A stretch of 63,591 nt of DNA, filler included, from Malassezia furfur (taxonomy: Eukaryota): NCBI GenBank assembly GCA_052055015.1. It is 3 parts of 3 records of this genome, joined end to end, with 100 filler letters (N's around TTAATTAATTAA, not from the genome) between each part and the next. Parts side by side here need not be neighbours in the genome. Positions count along the whole stretch, not along the records: positions 1 to 21,322 come from JBQJIT010000168.1; 2 more parts are not named here. One strand, 5' to 3'. The first letter of the stretch is position 1. The number at the start of each line of letters is the position of its first letter. The translations under genes and the position numbers were made by a program. Below, piece after piece: positions 1-11,124 of this stretch. Under the pieces are notes generated by a model that made no database searches, was not told the DNA's origin, and saw nothing but the letters and a program-made list of their open reading frames with translations.

Positions 1-1243
1 GCGCGTGCAGGTCGTCCAAGAGCTGCTGCGCATTCGCCGACGGCTTGTACGACGAGGCGCCCGAAGAGGCGCCCGCCGCCGTGGACGCCGCGGCGGGTTT
101 CGGCGAGCGCACCGCTGGGGCGGCGGAGGCGTCGTCCGCCTTGGCCTCCACCTCCTCCCTGCGCGCCTTGTCCTTTTTGGGCGTCGGCCGCGGCGAGTCG
201 GCGGCGCGCAGCTTGGCGCTTGGCTTGGCGGGCGTCGCAGGCTTGGCCTTGGGCGAGTCCTTGTGCGCTGCGAGCCCTGGGAACGCGGGCACGTCGCGTG
301 GCTCGACGTGGGTCATCGGCTTGCCCGACGCCCACAGTGCAGTGCGAGGCAACGCGCTCCCTTCGCCATTCTCCACGGCATGCGCCGCAGCCGCGGCTGC
401 GGCCGCCGTCTCGGCCTGCACCTTTTTGGTGATGGGGTTGAGATGCATCGAGGCCGGTTTGATCTTGTGCTCGGTGTCCTTGGCGGCATGGCGCAGCGTC
501 GCCAGGTCCTCTTTCGTGAAACTGTCGGCCTCTTCCCCGGGTTCGTGCAGGTAGGTACATCCGGGGTTCGAGCACGGCAGGTTGCGCAGGTACGCCGTGC
601 AGTACTTGGTCGTCCCGTAGCTGGCACGGATGATGCGGCCGCCCGGCTCCTTGCTGCCATCGATCGCGACGATGGCACGCGCCGCATCCTCTTTGTTCTG
701 GTAGGTGACATACACGCCAATCGACGGCTCGTGCCCGCTACCGAACTTGTGCGAGGAGGTGCGCTTGCTGATCAGGATCTTGGCCACCCGGCCGTACTGT
801 CCAAAGTAGTCGGCGCTCTTCAGCGTTGGGATAAACTCTTCGCGCGCAAACTTGGGCGAGAGGCCGACGACGTACACGAGGTTCTTTTGCACCACACGCA
901 TGTTCGATAGGTGCTTGCGGTTCGTCGCCTCCATCTCCTTCTTCTCGCGCTCGCGGTTCTTTTTCGCATTGGTCAGCAGCAGGATCTCTTCCGTTGACAT
1001 CGCCTTGAATTCGATCGCCTGGTCAGAGTACTTGCGCCGGCATGCCGGGCACCGGCCATTCAAGTTTTGCTTGATGTGGTGCCAGCAAAAGCGGCAGATT
1101 TGGTAGCCACAGGGACACGGCTTGAAGTTGGCGTCTGAAATGTCGATTTCTTCCAGACACAGCGGACACTCGTTTTCGTCTCCATCATCGGACCAGTAGG
1201 TATCTTGCCCATGCTTGCCTGATCCATGAGATACACGCGACAT
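1..1243 (-). CDS. NOT4: CCR4-NOT E3 ubiquitin ligase Not4/Mot2 (RING + RRM + CCCH), 3' end runs off the window
   Basis: Manual translation from ATG at 1243: ...ECPLCLEEIDISDANFKPCPCGYQICRFCWHHIKQNLNGRCPACRR (C4C4 RING), MRVVQKNLVYVVGL (RRM), YGTTKYCTAYLRNLPCSNPGCTYLHE. Absent from the ORF track because no stop lies in the window. Confidence 0.95.
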   Translation of the reverse strand, partial: MSRVSHGSGKHGQDTYWSDDGDENECPLCLEEIDISDANFKPCPCGYQICRFCWHHIKQNLNGRCPACRRKYSDQAIEFKAMSTEEILLLTNAKKNREREKKEMEATNRKHLSNMRVVQKNLVYVVGLSPKFAREEFIPTLKSADYFGQYGRVAKILISKRTSSHKFGSGHEPSIGVYVTYQNKEDAARAIVAIDGSKEPGGRIIRASYGTTKYCTAYLRNLPCSNPGCTYLHEPGEEADSFTKEDLATLRHAAKDTEHKIKPASMHLNPITKKVQAETAAAAAAAAHAVENGEGSALPRTALWASGKPMTHVEPRDVPAFPGLAAHKDSPKAKPATPAKPSAKLRAADSPRPTPKKDKARREEVEAKADDASAAPAVRSPKPAAASTAAGASSGASSYKPSANAQQLLDDLHA

Positions 1244-1385
1244 ACCATGATCACTCGCTACAGGGGGCGGTGGCGCGTGACCGCCCGTCGTCCCTGTCCG
1301 TCGAACCATCGTGCGGTGGACGAATGTGGGTGTGCGACAGCGCGCGACGTAAACATCGGCCGAAGAGCCACGTGCTGCAACGACC

Positions 1386-1900
1386 ATGGCCGCCGGCGGG
1401 ATCCACAGTGAGTGGGGGGCCCGGCGACGCGTACTCACCCAGCGGTGATATTCCTCTCGTTTGTGCTCGCACTCGGGTTCTTGCTGGTAATTCTATCATG
1501 CTCGCTATGGGCAAACTGGGTGCCGTTCTGGTCAAGTACGTCGCACGCACTTACGCAGCCGTCGCCTTCGTGTTGGCCCCTGCACCCAACGCCCTCTTTG
1601 GCGGTCTCGCGGGCGCCGACAGCTTCTCCGACTTTAACAAGTGCGTAACGCGATGGAAAGGAACTTACGCAGCGCATACATCGATTTTGGCAACTTTTTG
1701 ACAGGCGCGCTCGTCACGACCGGCATTGCGGTGCCCGTGCTGCTGGCGCACACGGGCATTATTACGACGGCCGCGGCCGGCATGTCGCTCGCCGGTGGCT
1801 TGCTCATCTACGGCACCAGTGCGTACAGCCTTGCGTGCAGCTTACTCCAGTGATCACTTATGCGGCCTTTTTCCATACCCCCGATGACGACGATTTCTAA
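1386..1900 (+). CDS. VPS55: Vacuolar protein sorting protein Vps55 (5 exons)
   Basis: Introns 1408-1442, 1536-1558, 1641-1672 and 1819-1850 join MAAGGIHTVIFLSFVLALGFLLVILSCSLWANWVPFWSTVAFVLAPAPNAL...IDFGNFLTGALVTTGIAVPVLLAH...DDDDF*, the Vps55 four-TM pattern. Confidence 0.9.
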
Positions 1901-3274
1901 CTACGTAGCTGCCGACGCTGCCGCCCCGCTCCCGGTCAGTGCTTGCCACACAGCCAGGGGCGTGGGGATATACTCGTGGCTCACGAGTGCCATACCCACC
2001 TCAAACGCGATCAGGTAGATGATGATCAGCTCCATGCGGTGGCTCGACTCCTCGGTCAGTAGCGCACGCAGTACGCCCAGCAAGTTCTCACAGTGGTTCA
2101 GCTTCTCGTTGAGCGCCTCAAAGCGCGGCTGAATGTCGAGCGCTGTGCAAGTACTCCGATACAGCGCCTCCATCCGGCTGTTCTCCCAGTACAGCTCGGG
2201 GTCGTCGATGAAGTTGTCGCGATCCAAGTTCACACGCTGCCGCATGCTCAACAGCGTGCCAAGCTTGCGGATCACCTCGCGCCGTCCGAGCGGCACTTGC
2301 CCATCGGCCTCGAGTTGCGATGGGATGGGCGAAACGGATGCCAGGTAGGCGGACAACACCGCCTCTTGGACCGACAGACGCGCCGACGCCGCGACGCCCT
2401 GCGAAAACGCCAGGCGTGATTGCAGCGTAAAGGAGGCACTGCCGCGTGGTGTATCCTGGTCGGGCGACAGCAGCGGTAGGCTGCTGAACGAGCCGCCGTT
2501 CGGTGGTTGCCCAACAACAATCAGGTCACCGACGACGCGGGTGGTCTCGTTGGGGAGATGCACATACTCCATCGCCTCGTCACCGGGCACGTCGTACCGT
2601 CCATTCTCGATGGACACAGGGCCACCCTGGATCACGTCATGATAAAATGCCGAGTGCATCTCGCTCGACATGCCCCACGTCACGTAGCACCCCGAGCTGA
2701 AGATGAACACGCTGCCACTTCCAGGTTGCCCTGCGCGCCAGCTTGGGATGTAGATCACTTCTCGGTCTTCCAACCACCGCCAGGTGTCGGGCAGGCGCCC
2801 GCTCGTGAGCAGTACGTCAAAGTTATACGACTGTGCAGTGGCCAGTGCTGCGACCTCGGGGAGGTCTGACGATGTGAGATGGGATGCAGAGAGGGGGAGC
2901 GCCGACGCAAGTTCGCTGTCGTCCCAGGTCGCCGCCTCTGGCGCGGGCGACGGCGGCGTTACCGCATCCGTGCCGCTCTCCTGTGCGACCTGCTCACGCA
3001 GTGCCTTGCTTGCATTGGCAAGGGCCTTGGCCTTTGACACAGGCAGACGCGCGCGGCGCAGTGCATGCGCGGATGCGTTGGCGACCGTGCGTGGGGGCTC
3101 AGGAATGGAGCTAATGAACCCTCTATCTTCCAAGAACCGCCGGAAGTCGGGGTTCGCCTTGACATTGCGCAGGGATTTGGCAGTACGCTTGCGATCCGAG
3201 TAGGCACGCAAGCCCCATCCCGGCGGCGCACGCACCGCCGCCCGAAGACCTGCTCGGACGATCGGTGGCAGCAT
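1901..3274 (-). CDS. DUF155 / RMD1-RMND1 family protein, probably mitochondrial (Mrx10-like)
   Basis: First ATG at 3274 gives an Arg-rich presequence (MLPPIVRAGLRAAVR). Motifs ALATAQSYNF, VFIFSSGCYVTWGM, LAFSQG, DPELYWE, LDIQPRFEALNEKL and SSHRMELIIIYLIAFEV. Confidence 0.85.
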   Translation of the reverse strand: MLPPIVRAGLRAAVRAPPGWGLRAYSDRKRTAKSLRNVKANPDFRRFLEDRGFISSIPEPPRTVANASAHALRRARLPVSKAKALANASKALREQVAQESGTDAVTPPSPAPEAATWDDSELASALPLSASHLTSSDLPEVAALATAQSYNFDVLLTSGRLPDTWRWLEDREVIYIPSWRAGQPGSGSVFIFSSGCYVTWGMSSEMHSAFYHDVIQGGPVSIENGRYDVPGDEAMEYVHLPNETTRVVGDLIVVGQPPNGGSFSSLPLLSPDQDTPRGSASFTLQSRLAFSQGVAASARLSVQEAVLSAYLASVSPIPSQLEADGQVPLGRREVIRKLGTLLSMRQRVNLDRDNFIDDPELYWENSRMEALYRSTCTALDIQPRFEALNEKLNHCENLLGVLRALLTEESSHRMELIIIYLIAFEVGMALVSHEYIPTPLAVWQALTGSGAAASAAT

Positions 3275-3293
3275 CAAGAACGACTCGCAACGC

Positions 3294-4175
3294 TTAGTCA
3301 GCGGAGCTTGGGCCACGTCGTTGCGCCTCGTGTGCCGCATGGACCAGCGCGTCGTACGGCCAGATCCGCAGCCATCCGTGTTTGGCCGCATCCTCGGCGC
3401 CGGAAATAGTACGAAGTGGCTCTCTAGAACCGTCCATAGCAATCACCACCTGCGAGGGCGCGGAACCCTCGCGTGCGGGCGGCAGGCGCACTTGGGTCCA
3501 TTGGATCGCCTCGACCTGCTTGCCGTGCGACCAGACCTCAATCGGCTCCTTCCAGAATGCCACTTCGACTTGCCGGAAGTCATAGCCAAGACCTACGCCG
3601 ATGCTTTTGGTATAGGCTTCCTTGTACGTCCATACATCGAGCAGACGCTGTAGGGTCCGCTGCTCATTGTCGTCCACCAGGACATGTGCGCGCTCTTTCG
3701 GGGTCATGGACTGCTCCATCGTTTGACAGAACGAGGCGCTGCTCTCCTCAAATGATGGAAGGGCCACCTCCATGACATCGACGCCCATGCGCACGTCGGG
3801 CGTCTTGGTCACACCCATGACTACCCAATCCCCGTCGTGCGACAGATTGAAGTCGATGTACCGATCGTCCAGTACCAGGTAGGGACGCCCGCCCGGGGCT
3901 GTCTGCACCTGAACATCCTCCCAGCGAAGCCCTTCGTGCACACAGTACAGTCGAGGAAGGACACGGGCCACGAACGAGCGAACGCGATCCACGACACGAA
4001 GATAACGCAGCACTTTGTCTGCGCCTATCGCATCATAGGGTCGCACAAGCACGTCCAGATCGCGACCAAACTGCGTACAAGCATCGTCGGAGGGTGCCAC
4101 GTCGCGCGACTGAACGCGGCTATACGAATCCGTGTTCCATTGCGCAATGTTCACGGCCCATACAGTTGGTGCCAT
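3294..4175 (-). CDS. LYS5: Sfp-type 4'-phosphopantetheinyl transferase (Lys5-like)
   Basis: Motifs GRP, FNLSHDGDWVV, MGVDVM and WTYKEAYTKSIGVGL. Start taken at MAPTVWAVN (4175). Confidence 0.88.
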   Translation of the reverse strand: MAPTVWAVNIAQWNTDSYSRVQSRDVAPSDDACTQFGRDLDVLVRPYDAIGADKVLRYLRVVDRVRSFVARVLPRLYCVHEGLRWEDVQVQTAPGGRPYLVLDDRYIDFNLSHDGDWVVMGVTKTPDVRMGVDVMEVALPSFEESSASFCQTMEQSMTPKERAHVLVDDNEQRTLQRLLDVWTYKEAYTKSIGVGLGYDFRQVEVAFWKEPIEVWSHGKQVEAIQWTQVRLPPAREGSAPSQVVIAMDGSREPLRTISGAEDAAKHGWLRIWPYDALVHAAHEAQRRGPSSAD

Positions 4176-4191
4176 GAGCACAACCTCCACA

Positions 4192-5052
4192 CTATGAATC
4201 GCTCGCATCGCTGCCGAGGAGCTTGGCCAGCAGCTCCTCTTCCATCGCTTGACTGCGCTTGGCGCGCGACGAGGCAGGTGGAGATGTGTCGCGCGGCTCC
4301 TGGGGCTCCTTGCGCTTGAGCACGTTGAGACCACCGACCAGCAGCGCGCGCTTGTCCACAATTTGGTTCTCTTCGTTGAGCTCCACGTGCTTCCCTTGCG
4401 CCTCGGCCTGCGCGGCGCGCTCCTGGTCGGTGATCTCCTTCGATGGCGCCTCCTCCTGAGGAATCTCGCCGCGTTCGAGCGCCTCGAGCGCTTTTTGTCT
4501 CCGCTCGCTCTCTTCCTTGAGCATGCGCTGGTGGAAAGAGGCAACGCCGCGGCTTTTTTGCCGCTCACGCGCCTCGGCAATTCGCTCTTCTTCTTCCGCG
4601 CGCCGTAGCTCTTCTTGTTGCTCCTTATATGCGCTCGTAACGAATGCCTCCTTGCCCGCGTACGCATCGCCTTCGGCCGCGCGCTCGCGCTGGATCATTT
4701 TGGACTCGGCACGCAGTCGATCACGCTCGCGAACCTCGGCGGCCTGCATAAACTTGTCCATGTACTTAGACTTGCGGTCCTTGTCAGCCTCCTTGGATGC
4801 CGCTTTCATCTGGCGCTCGACCGCTTTCATTTTGTCGTAGACGCCGTCATAGTCAAATGCGCTCGGGTCCAATTTCTCCGCCTCCTCGTGCTGTTTCCGC
4901 GCCGCCTTGGACATAGGCGGCGCCGTGCTAGGCGCTAGCCCCGGCACTTCAGGCTCATCGTCGTCGGCAAATGCGCGTGGCGCAGCTTTCGGCTGCGCCG
5001 GGGCCGGCGCCCGCTTTCCCAGCGAGAAGGCCACCTTGCCCCGCTCCACCAT
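4192..5052 (-). CDS. Coiled-coil protein DUF2040 / NSRP1 (CCDC55)-like
   Basis: Motifs DPSAFDYDGVYDKMK, RKSKYM, KEAFVTSAYK and NEENQIVDKRALLVGGLN. Confidence 0.82.
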   Translation of the reverse strand: MVERGKVAFSLGKRAPAPAQPKAAPRAFADDDEPEVPGLAPSTAPPMSKAARKQHEEAEKLDPSAFDYDGVYDKMKAVERQMKAASKEADKDRKSKYMDKFMQAAEVRERDRLRAESKMIQRERAAEGDAYAGKEAFVTSAYKEQQEELRRAEEEERIAEARERQKSRGVASFHQRMLKEESERRQKALEALERGEIPQEEAPSKEITDQERAAQAEAQGKHVELNEENQIVDKRALLVGGLNVLKRKEPQEPRDTSPPASSRAKRSQAMEEELLAKLLGSDASDS

Positions 5053-5114
5053 CGTGTTGGCTTGGGGAATTAAGCTCGCACTGATAGGCACGCCTCGGCT
5101 TCGCCGTAACGATC

Positions 5115-7457
5115 ATGACGGGTCCGCAAGAAACCGAGCCGCTTCTTGACACGGAGCGCGGTACCGTGAATCGCGATGTGGTGCAGGGCCGCCTGCGCCG
5201 CATTTCGCGCAAAGTACACGACACGGTCCTGAAGCCGTTGGGCCGTCCGAGCGTGTACCGTCCGGTGTTTCTCGCACTGGTCATCCTGAATGCGGTCGCG
5301 CTGCTGCGTTTCTTCTTCGGCCCAAAGCCGCCGCCGAAGCCGCATGTGCTGGACCGCGTGTGCACGACACCGGACTGCGTACAGGTGTCGTACGAACTGC
5401 TCCACTCGGTCAATCGCTCCGTGGATCCGTGCGACGACTTTTACGAGTTCGCGACGGGCGGCTGGCGCGCGAACCACCCCATCCCCAGCGACCAGGGCCT
5501 TTTTGGCATTGGTCAATTTGTGCTTGCAAACAACAACAAGATCCTGGAGAATATCCTGACCGGCGACGTGCAGCCATCGAACCGTGCGGACAATGCGAGC
5601 CTGCACAAGCTGCGCACCTTCTATGGTGCATGCATGGACACCAAGCACCAGGACAAGGCCGGGGCACGTCCTCTGCTTGACCTGGTGTACGAACTGCATG
5701 AGCAGCTGCGTCCGGCGACGCCCAAGGCGCTCACGTCGTCGCTCATTTGGCTGCACAAGCAGGGTATTCCGGCGCTGTTTGAAGCTGCCGTCGAGGGCGA
5801 CCCGGGCCATGCTCCGTTGGCCGCGACGCCACTGTTATCGCCGGGTGGTCTGGGCCTGCCTGATACGACGTACTATGAGGACAAGAGCGTGCTGAAGCAG
5901 TACCACAGTATGATCTCCTCGGCGGTTGTGGAGCTGGTCAAGGCGGCACGCAAGGAGAAACGTGCCGACAACATGTTCCACACTGCGGACGCGGACAAGA
6001 TAGCCGATGCCGTGCTTGAGCTCGAGCAGACCTTGGCTAAAATCTCGCCGGACGTGGTCGAACTGAGCGACCCGATCGCGACCTACAACCCCCTGTCGCG
6101 CACGGACCTCGCCAGGCTGGCGCCCGCGCTCGACTGGGAAGCTTATTTGGGCGCGATGAGTACGTCGGGCGTGTCGCCGCACAAGGTGGTGGTCGCGAGC
6201 AAGTCGTACATGGAGCGTCTTAGCAAGGTGCTGAAGGAGACGCCGCAAAAGACGGTGCATGCCTACCTCTACTGGGCGCTGGTGCGTGAACAGGGCAAGT
6301 ACCTTGGCCCAAAGGTGCCGCTTGGCGAGCCAGCGCGCCGCCTGAACCGCTTCGCGAACGGCATCGATGACGATGCCGTGGAAAACCGTGACTCGACTTG
6401 CCTGGATGCGGTGTCCACCGCGCTGGGCTACATGTCGGGCCGCTTCTACGCCGAAGCCACCTTTGGCCCCGAGAGCAAGTCGCAGGTGGAGGACATGATG
6501 GATGCGATTCGCGTCGCGTTCTACGAGAAACTGCAAAAGCTGCCGTGGCTGGACGCATCGACGCGGGCCACTGCGCGCCAAAAGGCCGAGGACATCACGA
6601 TCAAGGTCGGCTACCCTACGACGCCCAACACGGAGAGTGCCTCGGCGATCTGGGACTACTATGCGCCGCTCGACGTTGGCCGCTCTTACTTTGCCAACCA
6701 GGTCTCGGCGCATAAGTTTGCGGTCAAGACGGCTTGGTCGCGGATTGGCGGCTCGCTGAACACGGGCCTAATTGGAGACCTGATGCCCAGCGAAGTAAAC
6801 GCTGAGTACAATGCGCCGCAAAACGAGATTGTGTTCCCTGCAGGCCTGCTGCAGGTGCCCTACTTTGACCCGCGCTGGCCCATGTACCTACAGTACGGTG
6901 CATTCGGTACGACTGCGGGCCACGAACTGTCGCACGCCTTTGACCCGTCGGGACGTCTGTTTGACAAGGACGGCTTCCTGGACGACTGGTGGACGCCTGA
7001 GACGAGCGAGGCGTTCCAGGAACGCCAGCGCTGCGTCGAGGAGCAGTACGGCAACCGCACTGTGGTCGGTCCTGATGGCACTGTGTACAACCTGCAGAGC
7101 AAGTTTACCATCGGCGAGGATGTGGCCGACTTTGGCGGACTCGCACAGAGCTACAATGCGTGGAAGGCCAAGGTCCGACACGGCGATTTGGAGGTGCACC
7201 GGCGCAACAAGCGCCTGCCGGGCCTGACGGAGTACTCGCAGGAACAGCTCTTCTTCATTGCCTACGGTGCGGCATGGGCGCGCAACATCCGTCCGGCTGA
7301 GACCGTGAAGCGTCTCAAGACTGACCCGCACTCGCCCACCAAGTACCGTGTGAATGTGCCGCTTGCCAACTTCCCGCCGTTCGCCAAGGCGTTCGGGTGC
7401 AAGGCCGGCAAGCACGCGATGGCGCTCCGCGAGGAGGACCGCTGCGAAATCTGGTAA
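5115..7457 (+). CDS. M13 family zinc metallopeptidase (neprilysin/ECE-like), type II membrane protein
   Basis: N-terminal TM, VCTTPDC, DPCDDFYEFATGGW, VNAEY, HELSH zinc motif, GEDVAD, DPHSP and C-terminal CEIW. Confidence 0.93.
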   Translation: MTGPQETEPLLDTERGTVNRDVVQGRLRRISRKVHDTVLKPLGRPSVYRPVFLALVILNAVALLRFFFGPKPPPKPHVLDRVCTTPDCVQVSYELLHSVNRSVDPCDDFYEFATGGWRANHPIPSDQGLFGIGQFVLANNNKILENILTGDVQPSNRADNASLHKLRTFYGACMDTKHQDKAGARPLLDLVYELHEQLRPATPKALTSSLIWLHKQGIPALFEAAVEGDPGHAPLAATPLLSPGGLGLPDTTYYEDKSVLKQYHSMISSAVVELVKAARKEKRADNMFHTADADKIADAVLELEQTLAKISPDVVELSDPIATYNPLSRTDLARLAPALDWEAYLGAMSTSGVSPHKVVVASKSYMERLSKVLKETPQKTVHAYLYWALVREQGKYLGPKVPLGEPARRLNRFANGIDDDAVENRDSTCLDAVSTALGYMSGRFYAEATFGPESKSQVEDMMDAIRVAFYEKLQKLPWLDASTRATARQKAEDITIKVGYPTTPNTESASAIWDYYAPLDVGRSYFANQVSAHKFAVKTAWSRIGGSLNTGLIGDLMPSEVNAEYNAPQNEIVFPAGLLQVPYFDPRWPMYLQYGAFGTTAGHELSHAFDPSGRLFDKDGFLDDWWTPETSEAFQERQRCVEEQYGNRTVVGPDGTVYNLQSKFTIGEDVADFGGLAQSYNAWKAKVRHGDLEVHRRNKRLPGLTEYSQEQLFFIAYGAAWARNIRPAETVKRLKTDPHSPTKYRVNVPLANFPPFAKAFGCKAGKHAMALREEDRCEIW

Positions 7458-7560
7458 GCGTATGTAGCTGGTCCATGGAGTTGTCGACCGTTCTTGCCCA
7501 GCAAGTGCGTAAGGTACATAGACGGCCCTTGTACCAGGTGTCGTATCTGCATCTAGCGAC

Positions 7561-9009
7561 CTAAATGTGCTCAGCGCCAATGCCTGAGCCTTGGTATATA
7601 CTCACACGGCAATCCTCGCCGCCAGCCACAATGCTGTTCCCGTCGCTCGTCCAGTCCAGGCCAAGCACCTTGGCCTTCTCCTTAGTTGCGTCGCCCGACG
7701 CATCACGCGGTTGCGACAGCGTAAAAAGTGCATGTTTGGACGACCGCACGTCCCACACACGAATGCGTCCATCGTAAGCGCCGGACACAAACAGGTACGG
7801 CGACGTGGGATGCGTACGGATGGCACCCACCGGCGCCGCATGCGCATTCGCAATCGCCATCGCCGTATGCCGCGTGGTGTCGCGGAAGTCGTACAGACCG
7901 ATGCTGTGATCCATGTGACCGGTCACGGCCTGCGCCCGCGTCGCCTGCCCATGCAGCACGTCGAGACACAGATGCACCTTGTCCGAAGTCTTTTCGCCCG
8001 TCATTATGCCTTGCGACAGATCGTACAGCTTCACCGAGCCGTCCCATGCGGCACCAAACACCTGGTCACCCTGTAACCGCGCAGTGGTGCGCGCATTGTT
8101 GCCAGGTGCGGGCGTCGTGCCAAGCGCCTTGGCCGCCGACGCACCGAGGGAAGCGGGCACCTGTGCTAGGACCACGGTAGGCTCTAGCGGCGCCACCGTC
8201 TCGCTTGTGGCCGCCGCCTTTTTGTTGCCGCTCTGCGTACGTCGCTTCTTCACAGGCTCATCGCCCGATGCGGCGGTAGTCGGGAATTCAGCATCGCGGG
8301 GCACGTCCCAAATTGCAATTGAGCCGTCCCATCCGGCGCTCAGCACCGTCGCAGGACTGCCCTCGGGGGCGACGTCGATATTGGTGATGGGCCCCGAGTG
8401 GTGGAGTAGCTCGGCGGCGCGCATCACTTGGTATGTCTGCGCATCGGCTCCCGGACGGCGCCAAACAGCGACCGTACCGTCCATCGCGCCGGTCACTACC
8501 GACTCGCCCGGCGTGAGCCATTGGGCAGAAGTGAGGGACGTCGGGCGCTGCGCATACGACGGTGCATACGTTGCCGGTGATACACTCAGATTATGCGCGT
8601 CCAAGACCCGCACGTTTCCGTCGTACGATGCCTCTAACACCAGCGACGGATGCCGTGCGTCGATCGACGCGATCCAGTCATCTTGCTTGGCAGCGTCGCG
8701 GAACGATGGGGGAAGCGTGGTGCGGATGTACTCCAGTTCAATTCCCTCTTCAGTCGAGCGCGCGTGCTGAGCGAGGTACTCGTCCAGCGAGGTGCGCAGC
8801 AGTTCGCCGTCGACGATAAAGTCGAATGGCACCGTTTCGCGCTGTTGGTCTGCGGTCTGGAGCACCTTGTTCACAAGCGTCGAGAGCTGCGACCGGCGCC
8901 AGTTGACTGGCACCATATACGGCACATATGGGATGGAGCACCCCGGGATCGAGGTGCGCAGCCGGATGGGCACGGTGGCCGCCGCGTCGCCGGTGCCTTC
9001 TTCCTGCAT
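7561..9009 (-). CDS. YTM1: Ribosome biogenesis protein Ytm1/WDR12
   Basis: NLE domain (PYMVPVNWRRSQLSTLVN...PFDFIVDGELLRTSL...ELEY), DDWIASI, then WD40 repeats. Start at MQEEG. Confidence 0.93.
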   Translation of the reverse strand: MQEEGTGDAAATVPIRLRTSIPGCSIPYVPYMVPVNWRRSQLSTLVNKVLQTADQQRETVPFDFIVDGELLRTSLDEYLAQHARSTEEGIELEYIRTTLPPSFRDAAKQDDWIASIDARHPSLVLEASYDGNVRVLDAHNLSVSPATYAPSYAQRPTSLTSAQWLTPGESVVTGAMDGTVAVWRRPGADAQTYQVMRAAELLHHSGPITNIDVAPEGSPATVLSAGWDGSIAIWDVPRDAEFPTTAASGDEPVKKRRTQSGNKKAAATSETVAPLEPTVVLAQVPASLGASAAKALGTTPAPGNNARTTARLQGDQVFGAAWDGSVKLYDLSQGIMTGEKTSDKVHLCLDVLHGQATRAQAVTGHMDHSIGLYDFRDTTRHTAMAIANAHAAPVGAIRTHPTSPYLFVSGAYDGRIRVWDVRSSKHALFTLSQPRDASGDATKEKAKVLGLDWTSDGNSIVAGGEDCRVSIYQGSGIGAEHI

Positions 9010-9130
9010 CGCAGTGGAGGAGAAAAAAGTTGGACGGTGCGGCACGTGCCCTGGCTGTGACGACCCGAGGCCAGTGCGAGTGCCACGTGCGTAAGCTTCG
9101 CGGTCCGGCGCACAGTGACTTTCGGCGACC

Positions 9131-11112
9131 ATGGCAAGCAAGATGCGAAATGTGTCTGCTGTAGGCCTGGCGGCTGCAGGGTTGCAGCGGCAGTTGCTGC
9201 CCCGGGTGGCACTTGCCGTATCTGCCCGGCGTATGCCGCGTGGTGCGGTGCCGCGGGTCCCCGGACGGGCGGTGCACACCTCGCCGGTGGTTCGGGAGAA
9301 GAAATCCGAGTCGAAGAACGAGGTGGTGGACAGCGAGGAACCGAAGCCGTCCATGCCTGTGCGCATTTGGAACAAGGTGAAAGAAGAGGCGCAACACTAC
9401 TGGCACGGCACCAAGCTGCTCGCCAAGGAGGTGTCGATCTCCACGCGTCTCCTGCGCCGGCTGATTCTAGGCTATCCGCTGACGCGCCGTGAGCACCGTC
9501 AGCTGCGCCGCACGATGGGTGATCTGCTGCGTTTGATCCCGTTCATCCCGTTCGTGATTATTCCCGCGGCCGAGCTGCTGCTGCCGATCGCGGTCAAGAT
9601 CTTCCCCAACATGCTCCCGAGCACGTTCGAGAGCAAGTTTGCGGTGGAGGAGAAGCGTCGGCGCCTGCTCAAGCTGCGGCTGGACATGGCCAAGTTTTTG
9701 CAGGAGTCCATCAAAGAGGGTGGTCTGCAGGTGTCTGATGAGGTGAAGGACTCAGAGGCGTTCAAAGAGTTTTTCCGCAAGCTGCGCACCACGGGCGAGG
9801 AGCCGACCAAGGAGGATGTGATCAAAGTGGCCAAACTGTTTGACGAAGAGATGACGCTCGACAACCTGACGCGGCCGCAGCTCGTGTCGATCTGCCGCTA
9901 TATGCAGGTGAACGCGTTCGGCACGGACAACTACATGCGCTTCCAAATTCGGCACGCCATGAACCGCATCCGCCGCGACGATCTGGTGATCAGCATGGAG
10001 GGCACCGACTCTATGTCGCACCATGAGCTGCTTTCGGCGTGCCAGAGCCGCGGCATTCTGACGCAAAACATGACTGAGTACCAGTTGCGTGAGTCGCTGA
10101 ACGCATGGATCAACCTACACTTCCGCAACAAGATCAGCGGCACGTTGCTCATTCTGAGCCGTGCGTTCTACTTTGTGGGCAACACCTCGGAAAAGAACAT
10201 GTCGTACGCCGACATGCAGATCAAGGGGCTCGAGATGACTATGAGCAGCCTGCCCGAGTCGCTGCTCAACGAGGCCGAGCTGCACTTTAGCAAGGAGGCG
10301 GCGACGAACAAGCAGCGTCTTGAGGTGCTCGAGGAGCAGGAGCACCTCATCGAGGACGAGGCTGAGCAGGAGCAGGAGCACCAGGCGCAACGCGATGCGG
10401 ACCGCAAGCGCAAGGATGCCGAGAAGCGCCGCGTGTCGAGCGAGAGCGCCGAGGCGTCACGCCTGCTGCCCAAGAGTGCCCCCGCGGGTGCAGGTGGTGC
10501 TGGCGAGGGTGCAGAGGGTGCCAAGGCAAGCGACGACGTGCGCATGACGCAGGAGCAACTCACCGAGCTGGGCGAGGCCCTGAGCATTCTGAGCCAAAAG
10601 TCGTCGGTGTTGCGCGAGCGACAGGAGCTGTCCGAGCTGATGAGCTCGCTGCCGCGTGATGACTCGGCGCAAGATGCCGAGACTGGCGAGGCGCCCGTGG
10701 CGAGCGGCAAGGCCAAGGCGCTGTACAAGCGGATCCGCGCGATGCTGCACAAGATTGACCAGCAGCTGGAAGACTTTGACAAGGATGTGGGCGGCCGCAT
10801 GCACCTGATCCAGACGTCGTCCACTGGCAAGATTAGTGCGGATGACTTGGAGCAGGCGCTGCGCCTGATTAAGCACCGCCCGAGCGAGGACCAGCTGCAG
10901 AAGCTGGTGGACAGTACGTATTGTGCGCGACTCACACAGAACTCGACGTCGACCTGGACGGTCTGGTGCCGTTGGACCACGTCTTGGAGATTGCACGGGA
11001 CGAGGGCATGGAATACAACGACGCCGAAGAGTTCCGCGATATTCAGAAAGAAGGACAGCGCATCCTCGGCGAGAAGAAACTGCGCAAGAGCGACATTGTC
11101 GGGGAACAGTAG
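9131..11112 (+). CDS. MDM38: Mitochondrial LETM1/Mdm38 protein
   Basis: HYWHGTKLL, LTRREHRQL, PFIPFVIIPAAELLLP, FPNMLPSTF and FGTDNYMRFQ. A 26-nt intron at 10914-10939 restores the EF-hand-like DKLDVDLDGLV tail. Confidence 0.92.
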
Positions 11113-11124
11113 TGTCTATACCGG

